Shown: positions 23,690-36,612, numbered from the stretch's first letter. The stretch is DNA of 64,000 bases from Eledone cirrhosa (GCA_964016885.1 OZ024744.1:71734001-71798000), one strand, 5' to 3'. Notes: a model not told the origin generated them from the sequence alone. A program made the numbers and translations.

Positions 23690-25110
23690 GAAATTGTCAT
23701 TATTAAGCGATTAGAGTAGAATACATAGCATTCAGAAAAGAAGTAGCGATAGGAAAAAATAAAACGGAGAGGGACTTAGTAACTAAATTAGATGAGGCGA
23801 TAAGGAGTTGCATTACAACCGATGTGCTAGCTGCGAAAATGGCACTAAACAATTTCTTCAATGCGAAACACGAAGGTTACGTTGTCAGAGCGAATGCGCG
23901 TGCTTTAAGAAACTAGGGAACGAAAGCTGTTCGATGGCCGCGAGGATCGGAGGCGCAGCGTGGTAACAAAACCACAATTCCTTGTGGAGGAGACAGGTGC
24001 GGCAGTCCATCTGCTGCCAGCACTCTCACGTGGAGGGCTGGGCATGCAGTGGCAAATGGTGCGCAAACATGCGGTGAGACTGCAGCATCTCCAGATATTC
24101 TGCCTGAACGATGAACAGGTGTGGTCACCGTTTGTGAGACGGGCCTTTCCGCAGCTCGCCTTTTTGACTGAGCTGATCAGTCTCGGTCAAGGAAGAGACC
24201 GAGACTGGGCGACTGGCATTTGGAATGTTGTCAAGCACTCACTGCCCTCTACTAGGCGGTAAATGCGGTCAGAGGAACTTCCAATCAAGAGTTCTATAGA
24301 TAATTAGTGATGGGCAAGTTCGACGACGCTCTCGAAGATATTCTAAGCGTCGGTGAGAACGAACCAGCCAGCCTTTTCTGGAGGACCTTTGAGCCGGTGA
24401 CTATGGACAATTTCCAGAAAACGCTTGGCATTGCTACCATGGGGCACTGCTAGTTCGAGATAAACTCAATAGGCAAGGTAGTGTTGTCAGACGGAGCTGT
24501 CTGAGATGCGCACAGAGCGACGAAACCGTTTTGCACGAACTCGTCCAGTGTCCGTATATTGCTGACTTATGGAGTTCTGTCGAACAGCTGTTATCGCGTA
24601 TGGGACCTATCCGACTGCCGACCGAGTTCATAGTGGTTGGGAAGAGCAGAACGTTATCCTCTGTCTGATAGCTGTAGCAAAAGAGATTGTGTGGTGGATG
24701 TGACTGAAAGGTCTGAAGACAGACACTTTCCTCTTCGGCCAAGCCCTCGTCAACGTTTTCAAGTTCTTCTTGGAAACGAAGATAAGGGAGGAGAGAGAAA
24801 TGCTGGTGCCCTGAACATTTTTTAAAAGGTGAGTAAATGTTGGGGCCTGTAAGCTGGAAATGTGGAGGGAGAGAGGGGCACCCTCTTAGGGTGCTCTTGG
24901 AGATGAGGGTGAGTTGGGATTTGTGAGGTACCTGAGTCACCCCTGGGTAGTATGCCTTCCCTATTGGGGAATTCTGATATTGATATTTTTTGTTAATTGT
25001 TTTTGTTTATCATTTTTACTGGAATATATGTAAACTCCCACTGTCCCCTGTCTTTGTATTGCCCTCTGTGTTCGGCCCTTGTGGCCAATAATAAAGTAAT
25101 TATTATCATT
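23690..25110 (+). mobile_element. Decayed Tx1 family A copy, 5'-truncated, RT region deleted
   Basis: Linker region FFNAKHEGYVVRA...RGNKTTI joins directly at ~23980 to the post-RT region (VRQSICCQH); 3' end cccttgtggccaataa + (ATT)n. Confidence 0.85.
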
Positions 25111-25115
25111 ATTTA

Positions 25116-25320
25116 CAGTATCGGTAGAGTGCCAGACACCATGCTTTGCAGCATAGAGTTATAGACCTTTATGTTCTGAGTTCAAATCTCGCTGAGGTTA
25201 ACTTTGCCTTTCATCTTTACGGAATCGATAAAATAAAGCACCAGCAATGCACTGGTAAAATAAAGTACCAGTAATGCACTGAGGAAATTGCTGGCCTTGT
25301 GTCAAAAGTAGAAATATTAT
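25116..25320 (+). mobile_element. Main SINE with a short internal duplication
   Basis: Head, core and tail; taaaataaag.accag.aatgcactg is duplicated. Confidence 0.88.
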
Positions 25321-25325
25321 TATTA

Positions 25326-26434
25326 TGTGGTCGCCGTTCGCCAGACACGTTTTCCCACAGCTTGTCTCCTTGACGGAGCTGCAGTCCTGGGTCAGGAAAA
25401 GACCGATGGATAGCGCTTGGAAACCGGAATGTCTCCAGGCGCTCACTGCCCTCTGCCAGCTGGGCACCAGTATCGGTGGAACATCCACCTCGGCGTTCTA
25501 TAGAGGACTAGTGGAGGGGAAGGGCGACGACGTTCTCGGAGAGATCCTGGGCGTCGAAGAAGATCAGCTGTTGTCTCTCTTCCGGAGAACTTTCAGCCCA
25601 GGGACTATGGATAACTTCCAAAAATCTCTGGCCTGGCAGAGCTACCGGGGAGCTCTGCCGGTTCGAGATAAGCTCTACAGGCACGGAAGTGCCGTCAGCC
25701 GAGCCTGTCCGAGATGCGCGCAGAGCGACGAAACCGTCGTGCACGCACTCGTTCAGTGTCCGAGCATTGCTGACTTGTGGAGCTATGTCGAACAGTTGCT
25801 GTCGCGTGTAGGACTGATCCAGTTATCGACTGACTCCATTGTGCAGATGGTCTCGCCATCTTCCTTCGAGGAGGAAGGGCAGGCGGTTTTCATCTGCCTG
25901 GTGGCCATGGCGAAAGAGATTGTATGGTGGACAAGTGTGAAAGGGTTAAAGACAGACACTTTCCTCTTCGGCGAATCCCTAATTAACTTTTCCAAGTTTC
26001 ACTTGAAGAGGAAAATCAGGGTGGAGAGGCAAGTGCTGCCTTCTAGTAAGTTTGTTGAAAGGTGGGTGAATGTAGCGAGAATGGTCCGAGTGAACGGGAC
26101 CACTCTGAATATACGTCTGTAGTTTGAGGAATGGGAAAATTGAGAGAGGGCGCTTGCCCTGGTGGTCAGGGTGGCCGTGGTCTTTTGTGTGGTTTTCGCC
26201 ACGAGTAACTCTCGGAGGTTTCCCCCCTATTGGGGAATTTTTCATTGTTTCAATTTTCATTTTTATTGTTTATATATATATATGTTTCTATGTCTTTTTC
26301 TTTTTCTTTTCTTATATAAATAATAAAAACCTTTACACGCACAAAACCCGCATCGTACCGTCCTGTACCGTCCTGTGACGTCTGTAATGTTTTTCTTGAT
26401 GTCAGCCCTTGTGGCCAATAAAGAAATCATTATT
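25326..26434 (+). mobile_element. 5'-truncated Tx1 family A copy
   Basis: Open 265-aa ORF2 C-terminus with CPRCAQSDETVVHALVQC; 3' end cccttgtggccaataaagaaatcattatt. Confidence 0.93.
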
Positions 26435-26647
26435 GGTGGATTGGCAGTATCGGTAGAGGGTCGGACGCCATGCTTTGCAGCAAAGAGTTACGTCCCTTTA
26501 TGGTCTGAGTTCAAATCCCGCCGAGGTTAACTTTGCCTTTCATCCTTACGGGGTCGATAAAATAAAGTACCAGTAATACACTGGGTAATTGCTGGCCTTG
26601 TGCCAAAAGTAGAAATAATAATAATAATTATTATTATTATTATTATT
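26435..26647 (+). mobile_element. Main SINE with (AAT)n/(ATT)n tail
   Basis: Complete head, core and tail. Confidence 0.93.
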
Positions 26648-27109
26648 GGCGACCTACGTAGTAAATCGTATCATCGTGAGCTCCGCAAAGGTTTGTTATT
26701 TTCAGTTGTTTAAAATTGCCATTTATGGAAAATGTTTATTGTTAACTGTATATAAGTGCACATACATTGATTTCTGAAAAGGACACCCAAAAAGATTGGG
26801 GCCTTGAGCCCAAAATTTAAACTTTTTATAATTATCAAACAAACAAAAATTCCTTTGAAAAATCATGCCCGACTCAGATTCACACCTTCCTCACAAACTA
26901 ACACCTCACACCGACACCACCATTGTAAATATTACTACGTTTGCCAACACCAAAAATATAAGCAGTAGCAATATTTAAAATTTGTCTCAGGCAGACATTC
27001 ATTTCCCGCCATTACCAATGACTGCAGGTGTTAAAGCCGCTACCATTACCATCACCACCACAGTGACAACAGAAACAAAAGAAAAAATAAATTAACTTGT
27101 GATATCGAA

Positions 27110-28728
27110 ATGAATTCAACCAAAATGAACTCTTCCACACCGAACACTACTGACGCCACCACCACCACAACTGAAACTAAAATTAAGAATAACAAAAATA
27201 ACGATACCAACAACAACAATGAAATTAAGAAAACTACCCTGTCTTTTGCGAGAGTAACAAAAACGTGCGAAGCGATCCAGGTAACTCAGGAGGAATTAGA
27301 AGAAGCCAAAATAATGGTAAAGAAAGATGGGTACAGGGTCAGCCCCCCCACACACCCCTAATAAAATGGAGCCTCGTCGCCTATGCACCGTGTCTTATCG
27401 GACAATTAACATAAAATCGCGCCGAGTGGAACGGGCATCCGAGTCCTAAATCCAAAAAGTTTTGGGACATGTGTGGGCAAAAAAAACCCACATCAGACGT
27501 GGGCAGAAGTATGGAACCGTGGACGTGTTCTTTGAAACACCACAGGAGGCCAGAGAATACTCCATGGCCCCATTAAGAAGTGACGACTTCACACTCGTCC
27601 CAAGCTATTGTGGCCAGAGACTCGTGAAGATCAGGGCGACCCACGTTCCACCGGCCATCTAAATTCCCTGGCTAATGGCTGCCGTCCTCGCCGGCATCGA
27701 GGCCAACATCAAGATAATCGAAATAGCGAAAGAAAAGCAGGAGAACTGGTCTGGATCTGGGATGGAGCTCCTGATCCAAGCGGACCATAAAAGCATTGAG
27801 GAGATCCCAGAGGTAATAGACCTCACTGACGGCAGCCACCTCACCGTAATCGTCGAGGGCAGAAGGCCTAGGTGTGTCGTTTGTGGTGAAGGAACCCACC
27901 TAAGGGCTTTCTGCCCTCAGACCAAAAGGTTGAGGCCACCTCTCTTACCCACCCCAATGACTCAACCATTAACACCACCAGCAGCAGAGATGGTTGCAAC
28001 AACTGTAGCAGCAACAACAGAAGCAACTGTAACAGCAACAACCGCAGCACCATCCACCACGCCACAACCAAAACCAACGCCTGTGGAGGATTTTCCACTC
28101 CCAGGCTTATCACAACTGGAGACAGATTGTGACGACGAGGAGTGGGAAACGGTATCGGGAAAAAAGAAAAAAAGAAACCAAAAAAGAAACATTCTGTTCC
28201 TTCCCCCTCCAAAAACAAAATACAGAGGGAAACAAATAAACTATCAAACAAAAAAGTTAGGACAGATATGCCACCATCCACACCAGCATCACCAACCCCA
28301 TCACCACAAACACCAACACCATCAACATCATTAACCCCAAAACCACCATCACCAGCACCACAAAAGTCACCAAAAAGCGTAACAGAAACAAACCCACACA
28401 AACGCAAACAAAACAAAACAACCAAAACGATACACACTACACAGCATTAAATTTGAACAACAACCAATTATTACACTACATCCAACACAACACCAGCATC
28501 ACAGAAAAAGACTACACAACAACCCAAAAGTTCACACCACCTCCACACATACAAATCACTCGCATCACACAGAAAACGTACACGACACTAAAACAAAAAT
28601 TCCCCAAAGACATCGGAGATTTCCGACAAACACTCTCCAGGAGGATTTATAAGGACATCCTTCCGGAGGAGGCCACAAGCAGTGAAAAGGATGGACAAAC
28701 CATCCTTCCTCTACGAGAAATAAGGTAA
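27110..28728 (+). pseudogene. Tx1 ORF1 (RRM-like region, CCHC knuckle, low-complexity linker, C-terminal domain); disrupted, true start probably further upstream
   Basis: ORF pieces 27110-27361, 27462-27662, 27675-28334 (CVVCGEGTHLRAFC), 28142-28450, 28453-28728. Confidence 0.8.
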
Positions 28729-28762
28729 GTGGTCTTTCCCATCTTTTCCACTCCATTTCAAC

Positions 28763-31700
28763 ATGACCTCACTCAGAATAGGCAGCATAAATGCGCGTGG
28801 CTTGGGGTCGTCATGGAAGCAGGGCCACCTGCTAAACGACCTCAGGTCACTAAACATAGATGTAGTGGCCATCAGCGAGACCAGAATCTCCGAAGCACGG
28901 GCCTTCGCACCGATCTTCGGCGGCTACGATATGTACGCGTCTCCCAGCCGTCCGGGATCGGGGGGAGGAGTTGCTGTGCTTTTTCGGAGAGGTTTGGATC
29001 TCGCCATACGGGCCATCTTCCTGGACCCAGAGGGTAAGTTGGTGGTGCTAGACGTGACCAGCGGAGACGGGCAAGCTTTCAGGCTAGTGGCCGTCTATGC
29101 CTCGACAGGAGCAGGGCGGCCTGATTTCATCCGGCGTCTGGAGATCTTTCTTGGAACGTCCCGCTCTTTAGTGTTAGTGGGCGACTGGAACGGGATCTTA
29201 GATTCACGCTGGGACTGTCGGGGATTAGCGGATAGGGGAGGAAGGTGCAAGAGCCTCACCAACCTGCTCAGGCGTTTTGAACTGTCTGACAGGTACCGAT
29301 TGGATTTCGCGAATGTGCCAAAGGGGACTTGGACAAATCGCATAGGGTCATCCAGATCATATCTAGATAGAGTATTTTGTAGGGAAATAGATAGGTCTAG
29401 CATAGGCTGTCCACAATTCAAGATAGTCAGCTACACGGACCACAAATTTGTGATCTGTGTGCTTGACTTAGATAGGCTTCATAGACGAGGACCCGGCTAC
29501 TGGAGGCTAAACGCGTCCTTACCAGCGCGCAAGGCCTACAGAGACCGGATTAGCGAACTAGTTAAGCGGGCGTTAACGGGGGCCATCGTCAACAACAAGT
29601 GGTGGTTTGCTCTGAAAAGACCAATTAGAATAGAGTCCATTAGGTTTAGTAAGGCTTTAGCAATAGAGAAAAATAGAGCAGAGGGAGAATTAGTTAGAAA
29701 ATTAGACGAGGCGCTTAGCAAAGGCATCGCGACCGACGTACTTGCGGCGAAATTGGCTCTTCACCAATTCTTCAATGCAAAGCACGAAGGCTGCGTTGTC
29801 AGAGCTAGGGTGAGTGCTCTCAGACACGAGGGGACGAAAGCCGTTCAATGGGCCCGAGTGGCGGAGGTGCGTCGTGGCAACAAAGCCACGATCCGGTCTT
29901 TGGTGTACCACGACGGCCGCATGCTACTCGATCCCGGGAAAAAGTGTGAAGCTTTTCAGCGACACTTCGCACAGCTGTTCGGGGGCAGCGGCGGGCCGGA
30001 TCGAGGGATGAACTTTAGTGTCTACCTCGACGGACTGCCGCGGCTCTCGGCCACTGAGGCGGAGTGTTGCGAAAAGCCGATAACAGCCGCTGAAGTACGG
30101 GAGGCAATGACTGGCTGCACAAGGGGTAAATCGCCTGGTATTGACGGTCTGCCCTATGAACTGTACGTACAGATGCCAGACTTGTTCGGAGGCCTCTAGG
30201 CGGACGTCTACTGCAACTGGCAACAGAACAGGAGAATTCCCAGCTCTGTGAGCCGAGGAGCGGTGGCGCTGCTGAGAAAGGATCCGAACAAGGAGCATAA
30301 CATAGATAATTTTAGACCCATAATTCTGCTAAACACAGAGTTCAAGATTTTGGCCAAGGTGCTAGCAAAGAGGTTGGCGCTTGTCGTTGGTGGTCTGGTG
30401 GGAGAGGCGCAGACATGCGCCATTCCCGACAGACCCATCCACGTCATGCGAGCTAGGGAACCTGGCACGGGTGGGTCCTTGATCAATTTAGATCAGTCGA
30501 AAGCTTTCGATAGGGTCGACCATCGTTATCTAGCAGCAGTCCTGAGGGCGGCTGACTTTGGGCCCCTCTTCAGAGGCTGGATCGCTGCTATGCACAGCAC
30601 TTCTGCGCTGTGGTGAGAGTGAACGGTCACCTGTCGGAACCGTTCAACATCATGCGCTCGGTCCGCGAAAGATGTCCCCTCTCGTAACCTCTTGTACGTA
30701 TTGACTCTCGAGCCATTACTGCACAAACTGGAGACGTTGAGGGGGGTCCCGTGCGAACTAGGATGCGGAAGATCCGTGTCAGCATTTGCGGACGATGTCA
30801 CCGTAGTGGTGTCGAACGCCAAACACATCGAGGCGATCGGCACTACACTAAGAGAATACGAAGCGGTGACAGGAGCAATGATCAACCAGGAAAAGTCAGT
30901 GGATCTGCAGCTCGGCACCTGGAGAGGCAGGTCCATGCCGTCTAACAGCGTCTACGGGGTCTGGTTCGGTTCGGACCTCCAGACGGTCAAGAACTGGGAC
31001 GAGGTGACGAGCAGAGTGGCTTCTTTCACCCAGAAATGGGCGGAGAGGAAGCTATCCCTGAAAGGTCGAGCGGAGGTGGCTAACGCGTATATCGCGTCCG
31101 TCATCTACTACCGCCTGACCGTCGTACCTTGTCCTAAGCCCCGCCAACTGCGCTGGAGCGTTTGCTCTTTCGCTTTTTGTGGAAGGGACGCGCTCCAATG
31201 GTCAGGCGGTCCATCTGCTGTCAACACCCGCTAGGTGGAGGACTGGGAATGCCGTGGCTGATGATGCGCAGACACGCGCTCAGGCTACGACATCTCCACC
31301 TCTTCCTCGACGGTGATCAGGTGTGGTCGCCGTTTGCTAGACACGTATTTCCCCAGCTCGTTTCCTTGACGGAGCTGCAGTCCTGGGTCAAGCGAAGACC
31401 GAGAGGGAGCGCCTGGAGACTGGAATGTCTTCAGGCGCTCACAGCCCTCGGCCAATCGGGCAATGTGATCGGTGGAAACTCCACCTCGGCGTTCTATAGA
31501 GGATTAGTGGAGGGAAAGAGCGACGACGTACTTGGGGAAACTCTAGGCGTCGACGAAAATCAACTAGCCAATCTCTTCGGAAGAACTTTCGGGACGGGGC
31601 CTATGGACAACTTCCAGAAATCTCTGGCCTGGCAGTGCTACCGAGGAGCCTTGCCAGTTCGGGATAAACTCTACAGGCATGGAGGTGCCGTCAGCCGGGC

Positions 31701-32118
31701 ATGTCCGAGATGCGCGCAGGGCGACGAAACCGTCCTGCACGCACTCGTCCAGTGTCCGAAAATTGCTGACTTGTGGGTTTATGTCGAACACCTGCTGTCG
31801 CGTTTAGGACGGATCCGGCTATCATCTGAGTCCATCGTGAGGATTGCCCCGCCCTCCTCCTTTAGCCGGGAAGGGCAGGCAGTTTTTATCTGTCTGGTGG
31901 CCATGGCGAAAGAGATAGTAGGGTGGACACGTTTGAAAGGGCTGAAGACGAGCACTTACCTCTTCGGTGATGCTCTGATTGACTTTTTCAAATTTCATTT
32001 GAAAAGGAAAATCAGAGTAGAGAGGGAAGTGCTCTCTTCCCAGCATTTTGTTGAAAGATGGGTGAGAGAAGCAAGAATGGCCCGAGTGAATGGGCCTACT
32101 CTGAGTATATATCTGTAA
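28763..32118 (+). pseudogene. Tx1 ORF2: AP endonuclease, reverse transcriptase and C-terminal zinc knuckle; premature stop and frameshifts
   Basis: APE motifs SINARG, SET, GDWN, YLDR, TDH; RT motifs KSPGIDG, FRPI, DQSKAFD, FADD; CPRC..ET..H...C. Confidence 0.95.
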
Positions 32119-32366
32119 ATTAAAGGTGGAAAACTGGGAGAGGGCACTTGCCTTGGTGGTCAGGGTCTTTGTGGCTTTTTACTGGGCTTTCTCCACAAAT
32201 GTCCCTCCGAAGTCTCCCCCCTATTGGGGAATTCTTCATTGTTATTATTTGTTACATCCACTGTTTTTGTTTTTTACACGCAGAAATGCCCATTTGTACC
32301 GTCCTGCATTGTCCTGCACTGTCCTTAATGTCTACTTTATGTAAACCCTTGTGGTTAATAAAGAAA

Positions 32367-32413
<47 letters not shown>

Positions 32414-35400
32414 GGTCTGTTCGGACGCTTTTTGCTCGCTCCCAGTAAGTTGCTTTATTTACCTGTTATAATTATTCGTTGCTTAATTTTTCTTGTGGCG
32501 TAAGGGATATAAGCCCTGTGAAGGGGAAATATAATATTTGGGCCTTTTGGCCCAAATATTTGATTAATATATAAGCCCCCCCCCCCCCCCCTCCAAAAAA
32601 AAAGTACGCAGCCATAAACATGGCAAATGAAGAACACGTACAACATATAAAGCACCACACAGATATCACAGAAAAAAACTACTACACCCCACCAACACTA
32701 AGAACTATCCCGAAAAACATAAATATAATTGAAATGAAAATAGAACATTACAAACTGTTAAAAGAAAAATTCCCCAACGCAGTTGGAGACTTCAGAGGGT
32801 CGGTTACCAAGAGGATCTACACTGACATCCTCTTGGAAACCCCCATGACCAGTCAAAGGGACGGTTCTACTGTCCCTTCATCACACGATCAAGGTAAGTG
32901 ATTCTTTCTCACTTACCCCGTTTTTCATCCAACATGGCCGTACTTAGAATAGGCAGTATAAATGTATGTGGCATGGGGTCATCTTGGAAGCAGGGGCACC
33001 TGCTCAACGACCTCAGGTCACTAAACATAGATGTGGTGGCCATCAGCGAGACCAGAATCTCCGAAGCACGAGCCTTCGCACCGATCTTCGGCGGCTACGA
33101 TGTATACGCATCTCCCAGCCGTCCAGGATCGGAGGGAAGGGTTGCCGTGCTTTTTCGGAGAGGCTTGGATCTCGCCATACGAGCCATTTGCCTGGACCCA
33201 GAAGGTAAGTTGGTGGTGCTGGACGTGACCGGCAGCGAAGGCAATCCTTTTAGACTCGTAGCTGTCTACACCCTAACAGGGGCAGGGTGGCCAGATTTCT
33301 TCAGACGTCTAGAGACCTTTATTGGAACGTCCCGCTCTTTAGTGGGCGACTGTAACGGTATCGTAGATGCAGGCTGGGATTATGTGGGGCTAGTAGACAG
33401 GGCAGGAGCAGTAAAAGCCCCAAGAATCTGCACACGTTTTGAACTGTCTGACTGGTATAGACTGGATTATCCGAATGTGCCAATGTGGACAAGGGCAAAC
33501 CGCATCGGGTAATGCAGATTGTATTGAGATAGGGTATTCTGTAGGGAAACAGATAAGGCTAGTATAAGTTGTCCACAATTTAAAGTATTCGATTACACGG
33601 ACCACAAATTTGTGATCTGTGAAGTTGACTTCGATAGACTCCATAGGCAAGGGCCCGGTTACTGGAAGCTGAACGCGTCGTTCTCGGCGTGCAAAGCTTA
33701 CAGAGACCGGATTAGCGAATTAGTCAAGCGTGCGTTGACGGGTGCGATCGTCAACAACAGGTGGTGGTTTACACTTAAAATGGCTATTAGAGTAGAATCG
33801 ATAAGGTTTAGCAAAGGAGTAGTGATAGAGGAATATAGAGTAGAGGGAGAGTTAGTTAGAAAGCTAGAAGAGGCGTTTAGGACAGGCATCGCAACCGACG
33901 TGCTTGCGGCGAGATTGGTACTCGACCAATTCTTCAACGCAAAGCATGAAGGCTGCGTTGTCAGAGCTAGAGCGCGTGCTCTGAAACACGAGGAGACAAA
34001 AGCGGTGCAATGGGCCCGGGTGGTGGAGGCGCGACGTTGAAACAAGTCCACAATTCGGTCTTTGCCAGATCAAAACGGGCGCATGTTGCTCGAACCCGAG
34101 CAGAAGTCTGCGGCTTCTCAACAGCACTTTGCTCAATTGTTCGGAAGCGGCGGCGGGCCGGATCGGAGTATGGATTTCGTTGCCTTCCTCGACGTACTGC
34201 CGCGGCTCTCGACGACCGCAGCGCTTGGAGCCGATACAGCAGGTAAAATACGGGAAGCGACGTCTGATTGTACAAGGGGTAAATCGCCAGGTTTGGATGG
34301 TCTGCCCTACGAGCTTTAAGCGTATATGGCAGACTTGTTCGGCGACCTCTTGGCAGATGTCTACTGCAACTGGCAGCAGAACGGGAGCATTCCCAGTTTT
34401 GTGAGCAAGGGAGCGGTGGTGCTGCTGAGAGAAGACCCGAACGAGGGGGACGTTATAGACAACTTCAGGCCCATAACTCTGCTAAACGCAGAGTTTAAGA
34501 TTTTGGCCAAGGTGTTAGCGACGAGATTGCCGCTTGTCATCGGTGATCTGGTAGGAAAGGCGCCATTCCGGACAGATCCATCCACGACAACCTCCATCTC
34601 ATACGATACATCATAGAGAGTATGGTTAAGGAACGGTAGGGGTGGGGCCCTGATCCACTTGGATCAAACTAAAGCATTTGATAGGGTCGACCATCGGTAC
34701 CTAGCTGCGGCTCTCGAGGTCCCGTTTTTAGGGGCTGGATCGCTGCGATGCACAGCGACATCTGTTCGATTGTGAGGGTGAATGGTCTCTGTCGCAGCCT
34801 TTCAGCATCATGCGCTCGGTCCGCCAGGGTTGCCCTCTCTCGTCCCTCTTGTACGTACTGGCCCTAGAGTCGTTACTGCACAAATTGGAGACGATGAGGG
34901 GTGTCCCATGCGAACTGGGAGCGGGAGATCCGTGTCAGCTTACGCCGACGACGTCACCGTGGTGGTGTCGAGCATCAAACACGTCCAGATGCTCGACACC
35001 GCTCTCAAGGAATTCGAAGCGGTGACAGGAGCAAAGATAAACCAGGAAAAGAAGGTGGGCTTGCATCTGGAGAGGAAAGTCCATGCCCTCCGACAGCGTC
35101 GTGAGGCGCTGGGCTGAAAGACCGTTTAAATTGCTCTGGGTCTGGTTCGGTCCGGACCTCCAGATGGAGAAAAACTGGAGCGAGGTGACGAGCAGGGTGG
35201 CCTCTCTCACCCAGAAATGGGCCTAGAGGAGGCTGTCTCTGAAAGGTCGGGGGGAGGTGGCGAATGCGTACATAGCGTAGTCATCTGCTACTGCCTGACC
35301 GTCGTACTTTGCCCCCGCCCATCTCTGACAAAAATGGAGCGCCTTCTCTTCCGCCTTTTGTGGAAGGGAACTGCTCCCATAGTCAGACGATCCATTTACT

Positions 35401-36612
35401 ATCAACACCCGTTGCGTGGAGGACTAGGCATGCCGTGGCTGATGATGCGCAAACATGCGCTGAGGCTGCGACATCTATGGTGCTTCCTTGACGGTGAACA
35501 GTGTAGTCGCCGTTCGCCAGGCACGTTTTCCCACAGCTCGCCTCCTTGACGGAGCTGCAGTCCTGGGTCAGGAAAAGACCCAGGGATAGCCCTTGGAAGA
35601 TGGAATGTCTCCAAGCGCTCACCGCCCTCTACCAGCTGGTCACTAGTATCGGTGGAACATCCACCTCGGCGTTCTATAGAGGCCTAGTGGAGAGAAAGGG
35701 CGACGACGTTCACGGGGAGATCCTGGGCGTCGAAGACGATCAGCTGTTTGCTCTCTTCAAGAGAACATTCAGCCCGGGGCCTATGGACAACTTCCAAAAA
35801 TCCCTAGCCTGGCTACCGGGGAGCGTTGCCGGTTCGGGATAAGCTCTACAGGCACGGAGGAGCTGTCAGCCGAGCCTGTCTGAGATGCGCGCAGGGCTAC
35901 GAAAGCGTCCTGCACGCACTCGTTCAGTGCCCAAGGATTGCTGACTTGTGGAGCTATGTCGAACAGCTGCTGTCGCGTGTAGGACAGATCCGGTTATAGA
36001 CTGAGTCCATTGTGCAGATATCCCCGCCATCCTCCTTTAAAGAGGCGGCAGGGCAGGCAGTTTTCATCTGCCTGGTGGCCATTGCGAAAGAGATTGTGTG
36101 GTGGACAAGGTTGAAAGGGTTGAAGAAGGGCACTTTCCTCTCCGGCCAATCCCCGATTAACTTTTTCAAGTTTCACTTGAAGAGGAAAATCAGGGTGGAG
36201 AGGCAAGTTCTCTCTTCTTGAAAGTTTGTTGAAAGGTGGGTGAAAGTGGCGAGTCTGGTCCGACTGAACGGGCCCGCTCTGAGTATACGCCTGTAGACTG
36301 AGGAGTAGGAAAACTGAGAGAGGGCGCTTACCCAGGTGGTCAGGGTGGCCGTGGCTTTTTTGTGAGGTTTTCGCCACGACTGACCCTCGGAGGTTTCCCC
36401 CTATTTGGGGAATTTTTGTTTGAATTTTGTTGATTTCTAGCCCAATTTGTTATAACCTGTTTACACGACCAAAACCCACTTTGTATCGTCTTGAAATGTT
36501 CCGTGCCGTTTCTAATGTTTTTCTTCGTGTCAACCCTTGTGGCCAATAAAGAAACCATTATTGTCGGGCCTTGTGGCCAATAAATGAAATCATTATTATT
36601 ATTATTATTATT
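32414..36612 (+). mobile_element. Tx1 family A relative with its own 5' UTR and a 93-aa mini-ORF1; ORF2 decayed; followed by a ~40-nt extra 3'-end copy
   Basis: Starts directly after the (ATT)n tail of the previous element; ORF2 pieces 32934-36296 with YADD; ends at 36562, then gggccttgtggccaataaatgaaatc(ATT)n. Confidence 0.92.
32620..32901 (+). CDS. Intact 93-aa mini-ORF1, homologous only to the ORF1 C-terminal domain
   Basis: aaacATGG start; IKHHTDITEKNY...LKEKFPNAVGDFR...RIYTDIL aligns with IQHNTSITEKDY...LKQKFPKDIGDFR...RIYKDIL (28453-28728). Confidence 0.7.
   Translation: MANEEHVQHIKHHTDITEKNYYTPPTLRTIPKNINIIEMKIEHYKLLKEKFPNAVGDFRGSVTKRIYTDILLETPMTSQRDGSTVPSSHDQGK

Larger units (their letters stand above)
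26648..32413 (+). mobile_element. Full-length Tx1/L1-clade LINE, family A (~5.75 kb, inactivated)
   Basis: 5' UTR, ORF1 with CX2CX4HX4C knuckle, ORF2 APE-RT-zinc knuckle, 3' UTR and (ATT)n tail. Confidence 0.95.

Noticed and set aside
26435-26530. SINE heads as tRNA genes
   Set aside because: A and B boxes are present, but an insertion lies between them, no cloverleaf forms, and they are fused to the SINE core and tail.
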